NCBI GenBank assembly: GCA_043766915.1
Contig: JAYUHO010000302.1
Location: 1 to 52,551 of the forward strand
Source: Cypionkella sp.
GTDB taxonomy: Bacteria > Pseudomonadota > Alphaproteobacteria > Rhodobacterales > Rhodobacteraceae
Reading direction: 5' to 3'
Length of the DNA stretch: 52,551 nucleotides
Both the position numbers and the translations under genes were made by a program. The notes beneath the pieces were generated by a model. It did no database searches. It was not told the DNA's origin and saw only the letters and a program-made list of their open reading frames with translations. This document shows positions 19,413-29,569 of this stretch, in pieces (position 1 is the first letter of the stretch; every line of letters begins with the position of its first letter).

Positions 19413-19955
19413 TTACGTCCTTTCCAGAACATCGGCCCGCAGACCAAGGGCAGTCACCACACGCTGCGCCATATCTTCAACCGACAGATCGGCAGAAGAG
19501 TCGACGACAATATCGGCCATCTGGTAGAACGGCAGGCGGGCGTCGTAAAGGCTGCGCAGAGTGTCGCGCGGATTGGGGGTGCGCAACAGGGGCCGCGTCG
19601 CTTTGTGCCGCACGCGTTGCCACAGCAAATCCAGATCAGCCCGCAGCCATACCGAAACGCCGGCCTCGCGCACAAGATCACGGTTTGAGGCCGACAAAAA
19701 TGCGCCCCCGCCGGTGGACAAAACGCATGGGGTTCCGCGCAACAACCGCCCCAAAACCTCGGATTCACGGGCGCGAAAAAATGCTTCACCATCGCGGGCA
19801 AAAATCTCGGCAATCGAGCGATCTGCCGCCAGGGTGATCTCGTCATCCGAATCAACGAAGGGCACTGACAGCACGCGCGCAAGCACCGCCCCCACCGCCG
19901 TTTTGCCCGCTCCCATCATGCCAACCATCACCACGGTCTTTGTCAGCCGCATCAT
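19413..19955 (-). CDS. aroK: Shikimate kinase
   Basis: P-loop VGMMGAGKTAVG. The start is taken at ATG 19955, with GGAAG 4 nt upstream. ATG 20006 is possible. The 241-aa maximal ORF is too long for the family. Confidence 0.85.
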   Translation of the reverse strand: MMRLTKTVVMVGMMGAGKTAVGAVLARVLSVPFVDSDDEITLAADRSIAEIFARDGEAFFRARESEVLGRLLRGTPCVLSTGGGAFLSASNRDLVREAGVSVWLRADLDLLWQRVRHKATRPLLRTPNPRDTLRSLYDARLPFYQMADIVVDSSADLSVEDMAQRVVTALGLRADVLERT

Positions 19956-20168
19956 ATCTTCCGTCGCACCCTGTTTATCCCTGTCTATCCTGACAGTTTG
20001 ATCCATAAAGGCGGGCAGTCGCCCACGCCAAATCTTTCTTCCTTGAATGGCGTGAACTTGGAACAAATGCCATATACAATCGCTGTCAAATCGGGGCTTC
20101 GACAAACAGGACGTCCCGACAAGACGGCACCGGGGCAAACCGGGGCCAAAACAAAGGGCAAATCGGGC

Positions 20169-20303
20169 ATGGGCCGTGTGATCAAATTGGTGGTGCTGTT
20201 GGCGATTTTAGGGTTTGTTGGGCTGACAGGGTATGCGTATCTGGCGGATATGACGCCCGAGCGCCAAGAGGTCAAACAGCCGGTGGTGTTGGATGTGCAA
20301 TAG
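20169..20303 (+). CDS. Possible small single-TM protein
   Basis: MGRVIKLVVLLAILGFVGLTGYAYLADMTPERQEVKQPVVLDVQ. It overlaps the next gene's start by 11 nt. No strong SD. Confidence 0.35.
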   Translation: MGRVIKLVVLLAILGFVGLTGYAYLADMTPERQEVKQPVVLDVQ

Positions 20304-21918
20304 CCGGGTTTTGGTGTTGGTTGCGGTGGGTGCGGGGCTGTGCGCGCCCGCTGCCTTTGCCGAAAAACGCCCGTTGTCTGCGATCAACTGGTTGTCGCAA
20401 TCGGTCAAGGCGCCGCCCGCCATCGGGCTGCAGCCGGTTCAGCCCGACGCCGTGGTGCAACCCAATGCCAATACGGTCAATGGCACCCAAGCCACCTTGC
20501 CTGCCGTGGCGGGTGAAGTGGGCGTGACCCAGACCAGCGTCCTGCCCCAGCCTGTCGCCGTTTCCATTCTTGGTGGCCCCTCACCCGATGCGGTGGGATT
20601 GCTTCCGGCAGCGGTGACGGGATTTCCGCGCAAACTGTGGGGGCCTGGACAAAGCGCTGATATCGCGTTGGCGATTGGCGCGGTGCGGTTAGATGGGTTG
20701 CCAGCCTTGCAAGGCCTGCTGATGACGGTGCTGCTGGCCGAGGCCGAAGCCCCGCCGGATTCCGCCGGATCAGATGGTTTGCTGGTGGCGCGGATCGACA
20801 AACTGTTGGAAATCGGTGCGCTGGATCAGGCGCAGGCGCTGATCAATGCCGCAGGGCCGACCACCTCACCTGAATTGTTCCGCCGCAGCTTTGATGTGGC
20901 GCTGCTGACCGGCGAAGAAGACCGCGCTTGCGCCGTGATGCAAAGCGCGCCCGGTTTGGCCCCCACCCTGACAGCACGGGTGTTTTGTCTGGCGCGGGCT
21001 GAAAATTGGTCAACCGCTGCTTTAACACTGCGCACCTCGCAGGCGTTGGGGCAGTCAAACCCCGCCGACGACGCTTTGCTGACGCGGTTTTTGGACCCCG
21101 ACCTGTTTGACGGCGACCCGATGCCGCCGCCACCCAAGCCGATTTCACCTTTGACCTGGCGGATATATGAAGCGCTGGGCGAGCCGATTTCCACCGCCAC
21201 CCTGCCCCCCGCCTTTGCCCATGCCGAATTGACCGACCGCGCCGGATGGAAGGCGCAGATTGAGGCGGCCGAACGGCTGGCCCGCGTTGGGGCGATTACG
21301 CCAAACGTGCTGTTGGGGCTTTATACCGATAGCACGCCGTCAGCGTCGGGCGGCGTATGGGACCGCGCCGATGCGTTCCAGCGCTTTGACGCCGCGTTGA
21401 CCAAGGGCGATGTGGCGGTAGTAGAGCAACGCCTGCCCGTCGCTTATGCGCGGATGAAGGATGTTGAACTGGAGGTGCCGTTTGCCACCTTGTTCGCACA
21501 ACCCTTGTCAAAACTGTTGCTGACGGGCGATGCTGCGCGGATGGCCTATGAATTGGGCCTGTTGTCGCCCGACTATGAACGCCTTTCAAAGGGCGATGGC
21601 GCAAAACTGGATGCGCGGACGCTGTTTTTGGCCGGATTGGCGACGGGATCGGTCAAGGATCTGGTCGCCCCCGACAGCATGGCCCGCGCGATTGCGCCTG
21701 CGTTCCTTACCCCCGAGCTGCCCGCCGATCTGGTGCCCATGGTGCAAGAGGGCCGCACGGGCGAGGCTATATTGGCAGCGATGGACCGGATCGAGCAGGG
21801 CTTGGGTGGCGAACTGGTCAAGGTGACCGAAGGGCTGTCAGTGCTGCGCAAACTGGGATTGGAAGACATCGCCCGGCGCACGGCGATTGAGTTGATTCTG
21901 CTGGAACGGCGGGGCTGA
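20293..21918 (+). CDS. Exported hypothetical protein (signal peptide, Ala/Leu-rich helical)
   Basis: 541 aa. The N-terminus is VLVLVAVGAGLCAPAAFA-EKRP. I could not assign a family. Confidence 0.65.
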   Translation: MCNSRVLVLVAVGAGLCAPAAFAEKRPLSAINWLSQSVKAPPAIGLQPVQPDAVVQPNANTVNGTQATLPAVAGEVGVTQTSVLPQPVAVSILGGPSPDAVGLLPAAVTGFPRKLWGPGQSADIALAIGAVRLDGLPALQGLLMTVLLAEAEAPPDSAGSDGLLVARIDKLLEIGALDQAQALINAAGPTTSPELFRRSFDVALLTGEEDRACAVMQSAPGLAPTLTARVFCLARAENWSTAALTLRTSQALGQSNPADDALLTRFLDPDLFDGDPMPPPPKPISPLTWRIYEALGEPISTATLPPAFAHAELTDRAGWKAQIEAAERLARVGAITPNVLLGLYTDSTPSASGGVWDRADAFQRFDAALTKGDVAVVEQRLPVAYARMKDVELEVPFATLFAQPLSKLLLTGDAARMAYELGLLSPDYERLSKGDGAKLDARTLFLAGLATGSVKDLVAPDSMARAIAPAFLTPELPADLVPMVQEGRTGEAILAAMDRIEQGLGGELVKVTEGLSVLRKLGLEDIARRTAIELILLERRG

Positions 21919-21922
21919 TCCG

Positions 21923-22864
21923 GTGCCCGCCCCAAAGGCCGCCCATCTGTGGATCAGCGGCTTTCTGGCCGCCACCGCCGCCGAACTGGGATCGGCGCGC
22001 AACACGCAACTGGCCTACGGGCGCGATCTGAAAGACTACGTCGATTGGCTGGACAGGCACGCGTCAACGCTGGCCAGCGCAGCGCGTGGGGAAGTCGAGG
22101 CTTATCTGGTCTATTGCGAGGCGCAGGGTCTGTCCAAAGCCACCCGCGCGCGGCGGCTGTCGTCAATCCGGCAACTGTACCGCTTTGCCCATGATGAAGG
22201 CTGGCGTGCAGACAACCCCGCGCTGCGGCTTAAGGGGCCGGGCGCCAGCAAGCATTTGCCCGCCACCCTTAGCAAAACCGAAGTGAATACCATGTTAGAG
22301 GCCGCGCGGGGCTTTGGTCGCAGCGCAGCCGACCGCCTTCGCAACCGCGCCCTGATGGAAGTGCTGTATGCAACGGGCATGCGGGTTTCGGAATTGGTTG
22401 GCCTGCCCGTCGCGGCCGTGCGCGGCGGCCCAAGAATGATTTTGGTGCGCGGCAAAGGCGATAAGGAACGAATGGTGCCACTTTCGACCCCCGCGCGAGA
22501 GGCGCTGGCAGACTGGTTGACCAGCCGTGACGCCGCCGAGGATCTGGCCCGGGCAAAAGGCAAGCCCGCGTCAAAATACCTGTTCGCGGGCCCCGGTGTG
22601 GACGGCCATCTGACGCGGCAATATTTCTATCTGCTGATCAAAGACATCGCGGCGGCAGGCGGGGTTGACCCGTCGCGCGTCACGCCGCACACTCTGCGCC
22701 ACGCCTTTGCCACGCATTTGTTGGCGGGTGGGGCCGATTTGCGGGTGATCCAGACGCTTTTGGGCCACGCTGATGTTGCGACCACCGAGATTTACACGCA
22801 TGTGTTGGAAGACCACCTGAAAGATCTGGTGTTGACCCACCATCCCTTGGCGCGCAAACCATAA
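21923..22864 (+). CDS. xerD: Tyrosine recombinase XerD
   Basis: 313 aa with ATGMRVSELVGL, HTLRHAFATHLL and LLGHADVATTEIYTHV (R-H-R-Y catalytic set). Confidence 0.9.
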   Translation: MPAPKAAHLWISGFLAATAAELGSARNTQLAYGRDLKDYVDWLDRHASTLASAARGEVEAYLVYCEAQGLSKATRARRLSSIRQLYRFAHDEGWRADNPALRLKGPGASKHLPATLSKTEVNTMLEAARGFGRSAADRLRNRALMEVLYATGMRVSELVGLPVAAVRGGPRMILVRGKGDKERMVPLSTPAREALADWLTSRDAAEDLARAKGKPASKYLFAGPGVDGHLTRQYFYLLIKDIAAAGGVDPSRVTPHTLRHAFATHLLAGGADLRVIQTLLGHADVATTEIYTHVLEDHLKDLVLTHHPLARKP

Positions 22865-22885
22865 CGCCGCAGCAAACCGGACAAG

Positions 22886-23824
22886 ATGACCCTTCCCGCC
22901 CTGACCATCCCGCTTTGGCTGATCGCCGCCGCTGTCTTGGCCGCCGTCGCGGTCTTAACCCCCCCGATACGGCTGCAGATGTATCACCTTTTGCACCGCC
23001 TTGGCCTGCGCGCCGCGCCTGACAGCAAAATCCTGGGTCTGCGTCAGGAAATCATGGGCGCAATTGCGTTGGGGCATTCGGGCGGAGCGGTGGAAAAAGA
23101 AGCCCGCGACCGTTTGCTGGGCGCGCTTGATCTGTCGCATCGCACGGTGGATGAGATCATGCGCCACCGCCGCCAGATCGAAATGATCGACGGAGATCAA
23201 AGCCCGGACGATATTATCACTCAGGTTCTGGCCTCACCGCACACCCGCCTGCCGGTTTTCCGCGGGTCAGAGGACAATATTCTGGGTGTGATCCATGCCA
23301 AGGATCTATTGCGTGAAGTGGACCGCCTGGTGCGCGGGGAAGATCGGTCTTTGGCTTCGATCCGCGATCTGGATATCGTCAAGGTGGCAATGAAGCCGTA
23401 TTTCATCCCCGACACCACCACGCTGGACGAGCAAATGCGCGAGTTTCTGAAACGCCGCACGCATTTTGCGTTGGTGGTGGACGAATATGGCGCGTTGCAG
23501 GGGCTGATCACACTGGAAGATATTCTGGAAGAGATTGTTGGTGATATTACCGACGAATTCGATGTGGTGGCGCGCGACAGCGGCCTGACCCGCGTCGAGG
23601 GCGGCGATTATCTGGTCGATGGCGCAATGACGATCCGCGATCTGAACCGCGCGCTGGACTGGCGGCTGCCCGATGATGAGGCCAATACGGTGGCGGGTCT
23701 GGTGATCCACGAGGCACAGATGATCCCTACCGAAGGACAGGCGTTCAGCTTTCACGGCTTTCGCTTTGAGGTGGCGCAGCGGCGCGAAAACCGGGTGACG
23801 CGGCTGAAAGTGCGGCCGTTGTAG
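22886..23824 (+). CDS. HlyC/CorC-family protein (N-terminal TM, CBS pair, CorC_HlyC C-terminal domain)
   Basis: 312 aa with RTVDEIMRHRRQIEMID, ALVVDEYGALQGLITLEDILEEIVGDI and C-terminal RVTRLKV. Confidence 0.85.
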   Translation: MTLPALTIPLWLIAAAVLAAVAVLTPPIRLQMYHLLHRLGLRAAPDSKILGLRQEIMGAIALGHSGGAVEKEARDRLLGALDLSHRTVDEIMRHRRQIEMIDGDQSPDDIITQVLASPHTRLPVFRGSEDNILGVIHAKDLLREVDRLVRGEDRSLASIRDLDIVKVAMKPYFIPDTTTLDEQMREFLKRRTHFALVVDEYGALQGLITLEDILEEIVGDITDEFDVVARDSGLTRVEGGDYLVDGAMTIRDLNRALDWRLPDDEANTVAGLVIHEAQMIPTEGQAFSFHGFRFEVAQRRENRVTRLKVRPL

Positions 23825-23849
23825 GTGCCTCCCCAACCCCAATCCCGCC

Positions 23850-25202
23850 TCAGATAATATCGATCAAAGCCGCGATGCCTGACAGCGACGTGACCGCCGT
23901 CAACGTCACCACATCGCCTGCGCCAAAGTCGAACACCACACTGCCTGCCACCACGCGGCCAAACTGCGCAACCACCTGGGTTTCAGTCAGCACGCGGTTC
24001 TCCCAGAGCGCATCATCGAACAGCAATACTTCGCGACTGGCCACCGAATAATCAGCAACAGACTCGCGCCCACAGCCGTTTTGGAAGATGAACGTGTCCA
24101 ACTCGGTGCCGCCCGTGATCACGTCGGCTCCAGCACCCCCCGTCAGGCGATCCGCACCGGTGCCGCCGAAAACAAAATCATTGCCCGCGCCGCCAGAAAC
24201 GGAATCATTGCCGTTGCCGCCGTAAACGCTGTCACTGCCGTCGCCACCAAACACCGAGTCGGCCCCGTTACCGCCAAAGATGGAATCGTTACCGCCCGCG
24301 CCGTCCAAAACATTGGCGCCGTTGTTGCCGGTGATAACGTTGTTTGAAATGTTGCCCGTGGCCTTAAGGTTTGCCATTCCCAGCAGGCGCACTTCATTGA
24401 TGCCCGTTCCCAAGGTGATATCGCCCGAGGTGAAGAACGCATTGCCGTTGACCACGTCCAACTTGACGTTGCCTTTGTCCAACGCAACCGTGGCCGAAAA
24501 CGCCAGCGTACCTACCGTGCCCGTCACCGCAACCGCCGCCCCCGCCGCCAGTTTCAATGCATAGCCGCCCGCGGCCTCGGTGATGTCACTGACGGCTTGG
24601 GCGCGAAAGGTTACGCCGGCCCGCGCCTCACCGATCGAATAGAATTTATCGGCATTGGTGTCGGTATAGGCCACCCCCGTGACAAACACCGCCGTGCCCG
24701 ATGTGCCGAACAACTGCCCCACCATCGAGGCGTTGAAATTGGTGGTGCCTTGCTTGAACTGACCAAGCTCTTGCGCGATGCCCACTTCGCGATAACCATC
24801 AAGCAGAATGTTCTGGCGGTGCGGCGCAGATTTGAACAGCGCATCGTGATGCGCGGCAATCATCGCGTTCGCGGCAATCGCCCCGGTAGAGCCTTGCCAC
24901 GCAATGTTCTCGCCGACCCGGTTCCACGCATAGCCCGCAGCCGTGGCGCGTTGGCCGGGGGTCGAGCCCCCCGCCCCGGTATGCGAAAACACATCCGCCG
25001 CCAGCATCCATTTCGAATGCGCAATAGCAGCCGTTTCCAATTTCTCGTTCGGCGCCAAAACCTGACGCGCCTGCGGGCCCAGTGTGTTGGCGGCCAGCCC
25101 TTGGTTCAGGCTGATCCCCAGGCGCAAAGCCTCTGCGGCCGGGTCCAGCCGGGCCCGGTTCACAAGTTCCAGCATATATTGCTCGGCAGCAGAAATCGTC
25201 AT
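23850..25202 (-). CDS. CAP/SCP (PR-1-like) domain protein fused to RTX calcium-binding repeats
   Basis: The N-terminus (EQYMLELVNRARLDP...AHSKWMLAADVFSHTG...GENIAWQG) is CAP-like. The C-terminus holds seven or more GGxGxD nonapeptides (GAGGNDSIFGGNGADSVFGGDGSDSVYGGNGNDSVSGGAGND). No signal peptide. Confidence 0.8.
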   Translation of the reverse strand: MTISAAEQYMLELVNRARLDPAAEALRLGISLNQGLAANTLGPQARQVLAPNEKLETAAIAHSKWMLAADVFSHTGAGGSTPGQRATAAGYAWNRVGENIAWQGSTGAIAANAMIAAHHDALFKSAPHRQNILLDGYREVGIAQELGQFKQGTTNFNASMVGQLFGTSGTAVFVTGVAYTDTNADKFYSIGEARAGVTFRAQAVSDITEAAGGYALKLAAGAAVAVTGTVGTLAFSATVALDKGNVKLDVVNGNAFFTSGDITLGTGINEVRLLGMANLKATGNISNNVITGNNGANVLDGAGGNDSIFGGNGADSVFGGDGSDSVYGGNGNDSVSGGAGNDFVFGGTGADRLTGGAGADVITGGTELDTFIFQNGCGRESVADYSVASREVLLFDDALWENRVLTETQVVAQFGRVVAGSVVFDFGAGDVVTLTAVTSLSGIAALIDII

Positions 25203-25275
25203 GGCATTCCCCGGTGTTGTCGGCAGACCTGTCAGGCATACCGATCAATTGTGGCTGGCCATGGACAAGATTGTG

Positions 25276-26826
25276 TCAGCGGCTTCTGAAAATTGACCCC
25301 AAGACGCCCCTGATCACGGCTTGACCGGATTTTGACCCCAGACTGCGGGCAAAGCTTTTTGCAAAGGCTGTGCCAATAGAATCACCGCCCCCAGAGGTTG
25401 ATTTCGGTTTTGGCGCGGGCGCAGCCCCTGCCCCGCCATCATAGCGGCGGGCGTTCTTAAATTCTGCCGGATCCCAGCCTTTCACGGTGGGGCAACCCTC
25501 TGGTGCGGCGGCGGCCTCATTGGCGGCAGCCTCGGCCTTGGCGCGCAGGCGTTCATAGGCCGACTCGCGGTCAACCGTCTGGTTGTACTTCGTTCCCATC
25601 GCCGATGAGGTCATAAGTTGCGCCCGCACAGTATCGTCAATCGGCCCCAGTTGCGATGAGGGCGGACGGATCAAAGTGCGTTCGACAATGCTGGGAATGC
25701 CCTTGGCTTCAAGAAACGAGGTTACGGCCTCACCGGTGCCCACATCGCGGATCGCGTCTTCGGTCGCAAAGCGCGGATTAGAGCGATAGGTTTCCGACGC
25801 CATGCGCAGGTCTTTTTGGTCTTTGGCGGTAAAGGCCCGCAGCGCGTGCTGCACCCGGTTGCCCAATTGGCCCAAGATCACTTCGGGCACATCTGCGGGA
25901 TTTTGCGTGATGAAATAAATCCCCACGCCTTTGGACCGGATCAGGCGGGCGACTTGTTCCACCTTCTGCACCAGCGCGCGTGGCGCATCGGTAAACAGCA
26001 AATGTGCCTCGTCAAAGAAGAACACCAGTTTGGGTTTATCGGGATCGCCGACCTCGGGCAGGTTTTCGAACAGTTCCGACATCAACCACAACAGGAATGT
26101 CGCATAGAGCCGCGGGCTGTTCATCAGCTTATCTGCCGCCAGAATGTTGATCATGCCCATGCCATTGGCATCAACCCGCATCAGATCGGCCAGATCCAGC
26201 GCCGGTTCGCCGAACATCTGCACAGCGCCCTGATTCTCCAACACCAGCAACCGGCGCTGGATTGCGCCCACCGATGTGGTCGACACCAATCCATAGCGGC
26301 CAGAAATTTCGCTGGCATGTTCAGCGATAAACGTCAGCAGGGCTTGCAGATCTTTCAAGTCAAGCAGCGGCAGTTTTTCTTCATCGGCCAGCCGGAACGC
26401 CACATTCAACACGCCCTCTTGTGGTTCGGTCAACTCCAGCAAACGGCTCAGCAACAGCGGCCCCATTTCGGCAACTGTGGCGCGAATGGGATGGCCCTTT
26501 TCCGCAAACATATCCCAGAACGTCACCGGATAGGCGCGGTATTGCAGATCATACCCGATGGTCGCCGCGCGCTTGCTGAACGCCTCGTGCAGTTTGTGGC
26601 TGCTCGACCCCGCAGCGCCCAGACCGGAAAGATCGCCTTTCACATCGGCCATGAACACCGGCACCCCTTCGGCGGAAAACCCTTCGGCCAAGACCTGCAG
26701 CGTCACGGTTTTACCAGTGCCGGTTGCGCCCGCAATCAGTCCGTGACGATTGCCATACTTCAGCAGCAAAGATTGCGGCAGGGCATAGGCCTCACCGCCG
26801 CCGCCCACGAAAATTGTCTCACCCAT
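25276..26826 (-). CDS. DUF853-family (HerA/YjgR-like) P-loop NTPase
   Basis: 516 aa. Walker A GATGTGKT, Walker [12 protein letters not shown]. Basic Gly-rich C-terminal tail. Confidence 0.85.
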   Translation of the reverse strand: MGETIFVGGGGEAYALPQSLLLKYGNRHGLIAGATGTGKTVTLQVLAEGFSAEGVPVFMADVKGDLSGLGAAGSSSHKLHEAFSKRAATIGYDLQYRAYPVTFWDMFAEKGHPIRATVAEMGPLLLSRLLELTEPQEGVLNVAFRLADEEKLPLLDLKDLQALLTFIAEHASEISGRYGLVSTTSVGAIQRRLLVLENQGAVQMFGEPALDLADLMRVDANGMGMINILAADKLMNSPRLYATFLLWLMSELFENLPEVGDPDKPKLVFFFDEAHLLFTDAPRALVQKVEQVARLIRSKGVGIYFITQNPADVPEVILGQLGNRVQHALRAFTAKDQKDLRMASETYRSNPRFATEDAIRDVGTGEAVTSFLEAKGIPSIVERTLIRPPSSQLGPIDDTVRAQLMTSSAMGTKYNQTVDRESAYERLRAKAEAAANEAAAAPEGCPTVKGWDPAEFKNARRYDGGAGAAPAPKPKSTSGGGDSIGTAFAKSFARSLGSKSGQAVIRGVLGSIFRSR

Positions 26827-26879
26827 CTTTACCGTCCCTCTGCTGAACTTGCGGCAACTTTGGGCTGCCGTTTGCGTGC

Positions 26880-27000
26880 AAAATACATTGTTAACCCAAT
26901 CGTGCCAGTGTTGTTCTTGCAGAGCGCGTGTTTCGCACGATCTGTGATGACTTCCTCCCTGTCTGACTGGCCGCGCCCCTGAAAAGGCGTGGCTTTTTTT
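26880..27000 (+). ncRNA. Candidate sRNA 1, ending at an orphan intrinsic terminator; 5' end not defined
   Basis: Terminator GCCGCGCC-CCTGAAAA-GGCGTGGC followed by T7 (26970-27000). No + strand gene lies upstream. The unpaired CUUCCUCCCUGUC (26951-26963) is an anti-Shine-Dalgarno-like seed. Confidence 0.3.
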
Positions 27001-27035
27001 CGTTTTTTCGCCGAAAATACCCTGCCGATTTTATG

Positions 27036-27147
27036 TTGACGCCTGTGCCAAAGCGCCGTAGTTTGCCCCATCAAGTCGGCCAGTCCGACAGGGAGCAAAA
27101 AAATAGATGTGGAAAAAGGGTCGGTTTGCCGGCCCTTTTTCTTATTT
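27036..27147 (+). ncRNA. Candidate sRNA 2 with its own promoter and terminator (~80-nt transcript from ~27070)
   Basis: TTGACG (27036), 17 nt, TAGTTT (27059). Hairpin GTCGG-CCAGT-CCGAC. Terminator GGGTCGG-TTTG-CCGGCCC plus TTTTTCTTATTT (27118-27147). Confidence 0.35.
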
Positions 27148-27291
27148 AAGACTGATATCAATTCGTTACAGCCTTAAGCAATTTTTTGCTCAGGCAGGCC
27201 TCATTTTTACCAGTTCGCGGCGCCTCGACCCTTTTTCGCACCTGACTTGACGGATTTGGCGTGATAGGTCGGGCGGCGAACAACCAAGAAA

Positions 27292-27993
27292 GTGACAGTA
27301 ATGTCGATGATTGATTTTAGCCGTGCCTTTGTATTGTCTTTGGGCCTGTCGCTTGCCGCGATGCCATTTGCCAACACTGCCCTGGCACAAGATGCCACAA
27401 CCCCGCCCCCCGCGACCGGAACCGAAACCCCGGCAGCGCCACCTGTGGTGGGCGATGCGCCAACCGCAGACGGATTGTCGATGGGCGCGGATGTGGCAGC
27501 ACCTTCGGTGCCAAAGACCCAAGAAACCGCCGAAGTGAACGAAACCTATCTGTTGAAATCCATTGATGCATGGGAACTGCGCTGCGTTAAAACCGCCGAT
27601 GGGTCTGATCCGTGCCAGCTTTATCAGTTGCTGAAAGACACTGACGGCAACGCGGTTGCCGAATTCAGCCTGTTCGCGCTGCCTGACGGCGGCGAGGCGA
27701 CGGCGGGTGCCACGGTGATCGCCCCGCTGGAAACGCTGCTGACCGCCAATCTGCGCATTGCGATTGATGGGGGCGAGGCCAAGATTTATCCGTTCACCTT
27801 CTGCGCCTCTTTGGGCTGCGTGGCCCGTGTGGGATTCACCGCAGCCGAAGTGGCGCAGTTCCAAAAGGGGGCGAAGGCAGTGCTGACAATCGTTCCGGCA
27901 GGCGCGCCCGAACAGAAGGTCAATCTGGACATCTCGCTGAAGGGGTTCACCGCCGGGTATGACGCGGTCAAGGCGACGTTGCCGAAGCCTTAA
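27292..27993 (+). CDS. Invasion-associated locus B (IalB)-family exported protein
   Basis: Signal peptide, then a Pro/Thr/Ala linker, then WELRCVKTADGSDPCQLYQLL...FTFCASLGCVARV. The start is GTG 27292 or ATG 27301/27307. Confidence 0.8.
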   Translation: MTVMSMIDFSRAFVLSLGLSLAAMPFANTALAQDATTPPPATGTETPAAPPVVGDAPTADGLSMGADVAAPSVPKTQETAEVNETYLLKSIDAWELRCVKTADGSDPCQLYQLLKDTDGNAVAEFSLFALPDGGEATAGATVIAPLETLLTANLRIAIDGGEAKIYPFTFCASLGCVARVGFTAAEVAQFQKGAKAVLTIVPAGAPEQKVNLDISLKGFTAGYDAVKATLPKP

Positions 27994-28008
27994 TTTTCAA
28001 GACTTGGG

Positions 28009-28029
28009 GCCCCGCATCATTTGCGGGGC
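28009..28029. terminator. Hairpin terminator between convergent ialB-like and KAS genes
   Basis: GCCCCGCA-TCATT-TGCGGGGC followed by TTT. Confidence 0.55.
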
Positions 28030-28034
28030 TTTGA

Positions 28035-29246
28035 TCAGGCTGCGCGCGCCAGCGCGATGACCGCATTCATGCCGCCAAAGGCAAAAGCGTTCGACAGCGC
28101 CACATCCACTGCGGCCTCGCGCGCAACATTCGGCACCACATCCAGTGCGCAATCGGGATCGGGTTTTTCATAGCCAATCGTCGGGGCGATCACGCCGGTC
28201 TGCAGCGCCATCAAGCAGGCCAGCATTTCCACCGCCCCGGTGCCGCCGATCAAATGGCCATGCATGGATTTGGTCGAAGACACCATCAACTGATCAGTAT
28301 GCCCGCCAAACACCTGTGCAATTGCCGCACATTCGGTTTTGTCATTCGCCGCGGTGCCGGTGCCATGCGCGTTGATATAGCCCACCTGTACGGGGTTCAG
28401 CCGCGCATCCCGCAACGCCCCCGCCATCGCCCGCGCAGCCCCTGAAACCGATGGCATTACGATATCGGACGCATCCGATGTCATGGCAAAACCGATCACT
28501 TCGGCCAGAATTTCGGCCCCTCGCGCGCGCGCAAGATCATAGTCTTCGAACACAAAGACGGCAGCACCCTCGCCCATCACCATGCCGTTGCGAGAGGCAC
28601 TGAACGGACGGCACGCATCGGGCGACATCACGCGCAGCCCCTCCCACGCCTTTAATCCGCCAAAGCACAGCATCGCTTCGGCCCCTCCGGTGATCATCAC
28701 GGGCGCTGCCCCCGATCGCACCGTCTGAAACGCCAGCCCCATGGCATGGTTTGAACTGGCACAGGCGGCGGAGACGCTGAAGCTTGGTCCTTGCAAACCA
28801 AATTCGATGGACACATGCGCGGCCCCTGCATTGTTCATCAGGCGTGGCACCACAAAAGGATGCACCCGGTTTTTGCCGTCTTGATAAACCGCGCGGTAAC
28901 TCTCATCCCAAGTGGTCACCCCACCCGCAGCGGTGCCCATAACGACGCCCGAGGCCATGGCCAGGTCGCCGTCAAACGCCAACCCCGATTGGGCGATGGC
29001 CTGACGCGCCGCAATCAGGGTGAATTGGGTAAATCTGTCATATAAGACCAGCTCCTGACGCGAGAAACATGTCTCGGGCTGCCACCCTTTCACCTGCGCG
29101 CCGATTTTGACCGCCAGCCGATCCACATCGCGAAATTCCAACGGGCCAATGCCACAGCGCCCCTCGCGCAGGGCGGCATAGGTTCCGGGCACGTCGGTTG
29201 CCAGCGCATTGACCGTGCCCGCCCCGGTGATGACAACCCGCTTCAT
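28035..29246 (-). CDS. Beta-ketoacyl-ACP synthase, NodE/FabF-like
   Basis: 403 aa starting MKRVVITGAGTV. Active-site Cys in SAACASS. HGTGT and KSMHGHLIG supply the His-His. Its ATG overlaps the ACP stop (ATGA). Confidence 0.92.
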   Translation of the reverse strand: MKRVVITGAGTVNALATDVPGTYAALREGRCGIGPLEFRDVDRLAVKIGAQVKGWQPETCFSRQELVLYDRFTQFTLIAARQAIAQSGLAFDGDLAMASGVVMGTAAGGVTTWDESYRAVYQDGKNRVHPFVVPRLMNNAGAAHVSIEFGLQGPSFSVSAACASSNHAMGLAFQTVRSGAAPVMITGGAEAMLCFGGLKAWEGLRVMSPDACRPFSASRNGMVMGEGAAVFVFEDYDLARARGAEILAEVIGFAMTSDASDIVMPSVSGAARAMAGALRDARLNPVQVGYINAHGTGTAANDKTECAAIAQVFGGHTDQLMVSSTKSMHGHLIGGTGAVEMLACLMALQTGVIAPTIGYEKPDPDCALDVVPNVAREAAVDVALSNAFAFGGMNAVIALARAA

Positions 29247-29539
29247 CGCGCTTTGGCGGCAATCAGGCTTTGCACTGCTGCGATGATTGCGCCGACCGAC
29301 GAGATATCAAAATCGGCCTGTGCGGTGTCATTGGCGTTGAACGGAACGGTGATATCAAACGCCTCTTCGATGGCAAAGATCGATTCCACCAACCCCAGGC
29401 TGTCGATCCCAAGGCTGGTCAGCGTGGCATCAAAATGCACCGCCGACAGGGGCAAAACGGCTTGTTCGGCGATGATGGCAATAATCCGGTCAGCCACCTT
29501 TGCAGACGTATCAGGCGAAATCTCTAGAAGTTGGTTCAT
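29243..29539 (-). CDS. Dedicated acyl carrier protein (NodF/AcpXL-like)
   Basis: 98 aa. Phosphopantetheine site LGIDSLGLVESI. The C-terminus VGAIIAAVQSLIAAKA resembles NodF. Confidence 0.85.
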   Translation of the reverse strand: MNQLLEISPDTSAKVADRIIAIIAEQAVLPLSAVHFDATLTSLGIDSLGLVESIFAIEEAFDITVPFNANDTAQADFDISSVGAIIAAVQSLIAAKAR

Positions 29540-29569
29540 GATCTGTGCCCTGCCCCAAAATTTTCTCGC

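Noticed and set aside
27101-27244. 47-codon ORF (MWKKGRFAGPFSYLRL...) starting after AGGGAG inside candidate sRNA 2.
   Set aside because: The SD-to-ATG spacing is 11 nt. The ORF reads through the terminator hairpin, and its codon usage is AT-biased and unlike neighbouring genes.
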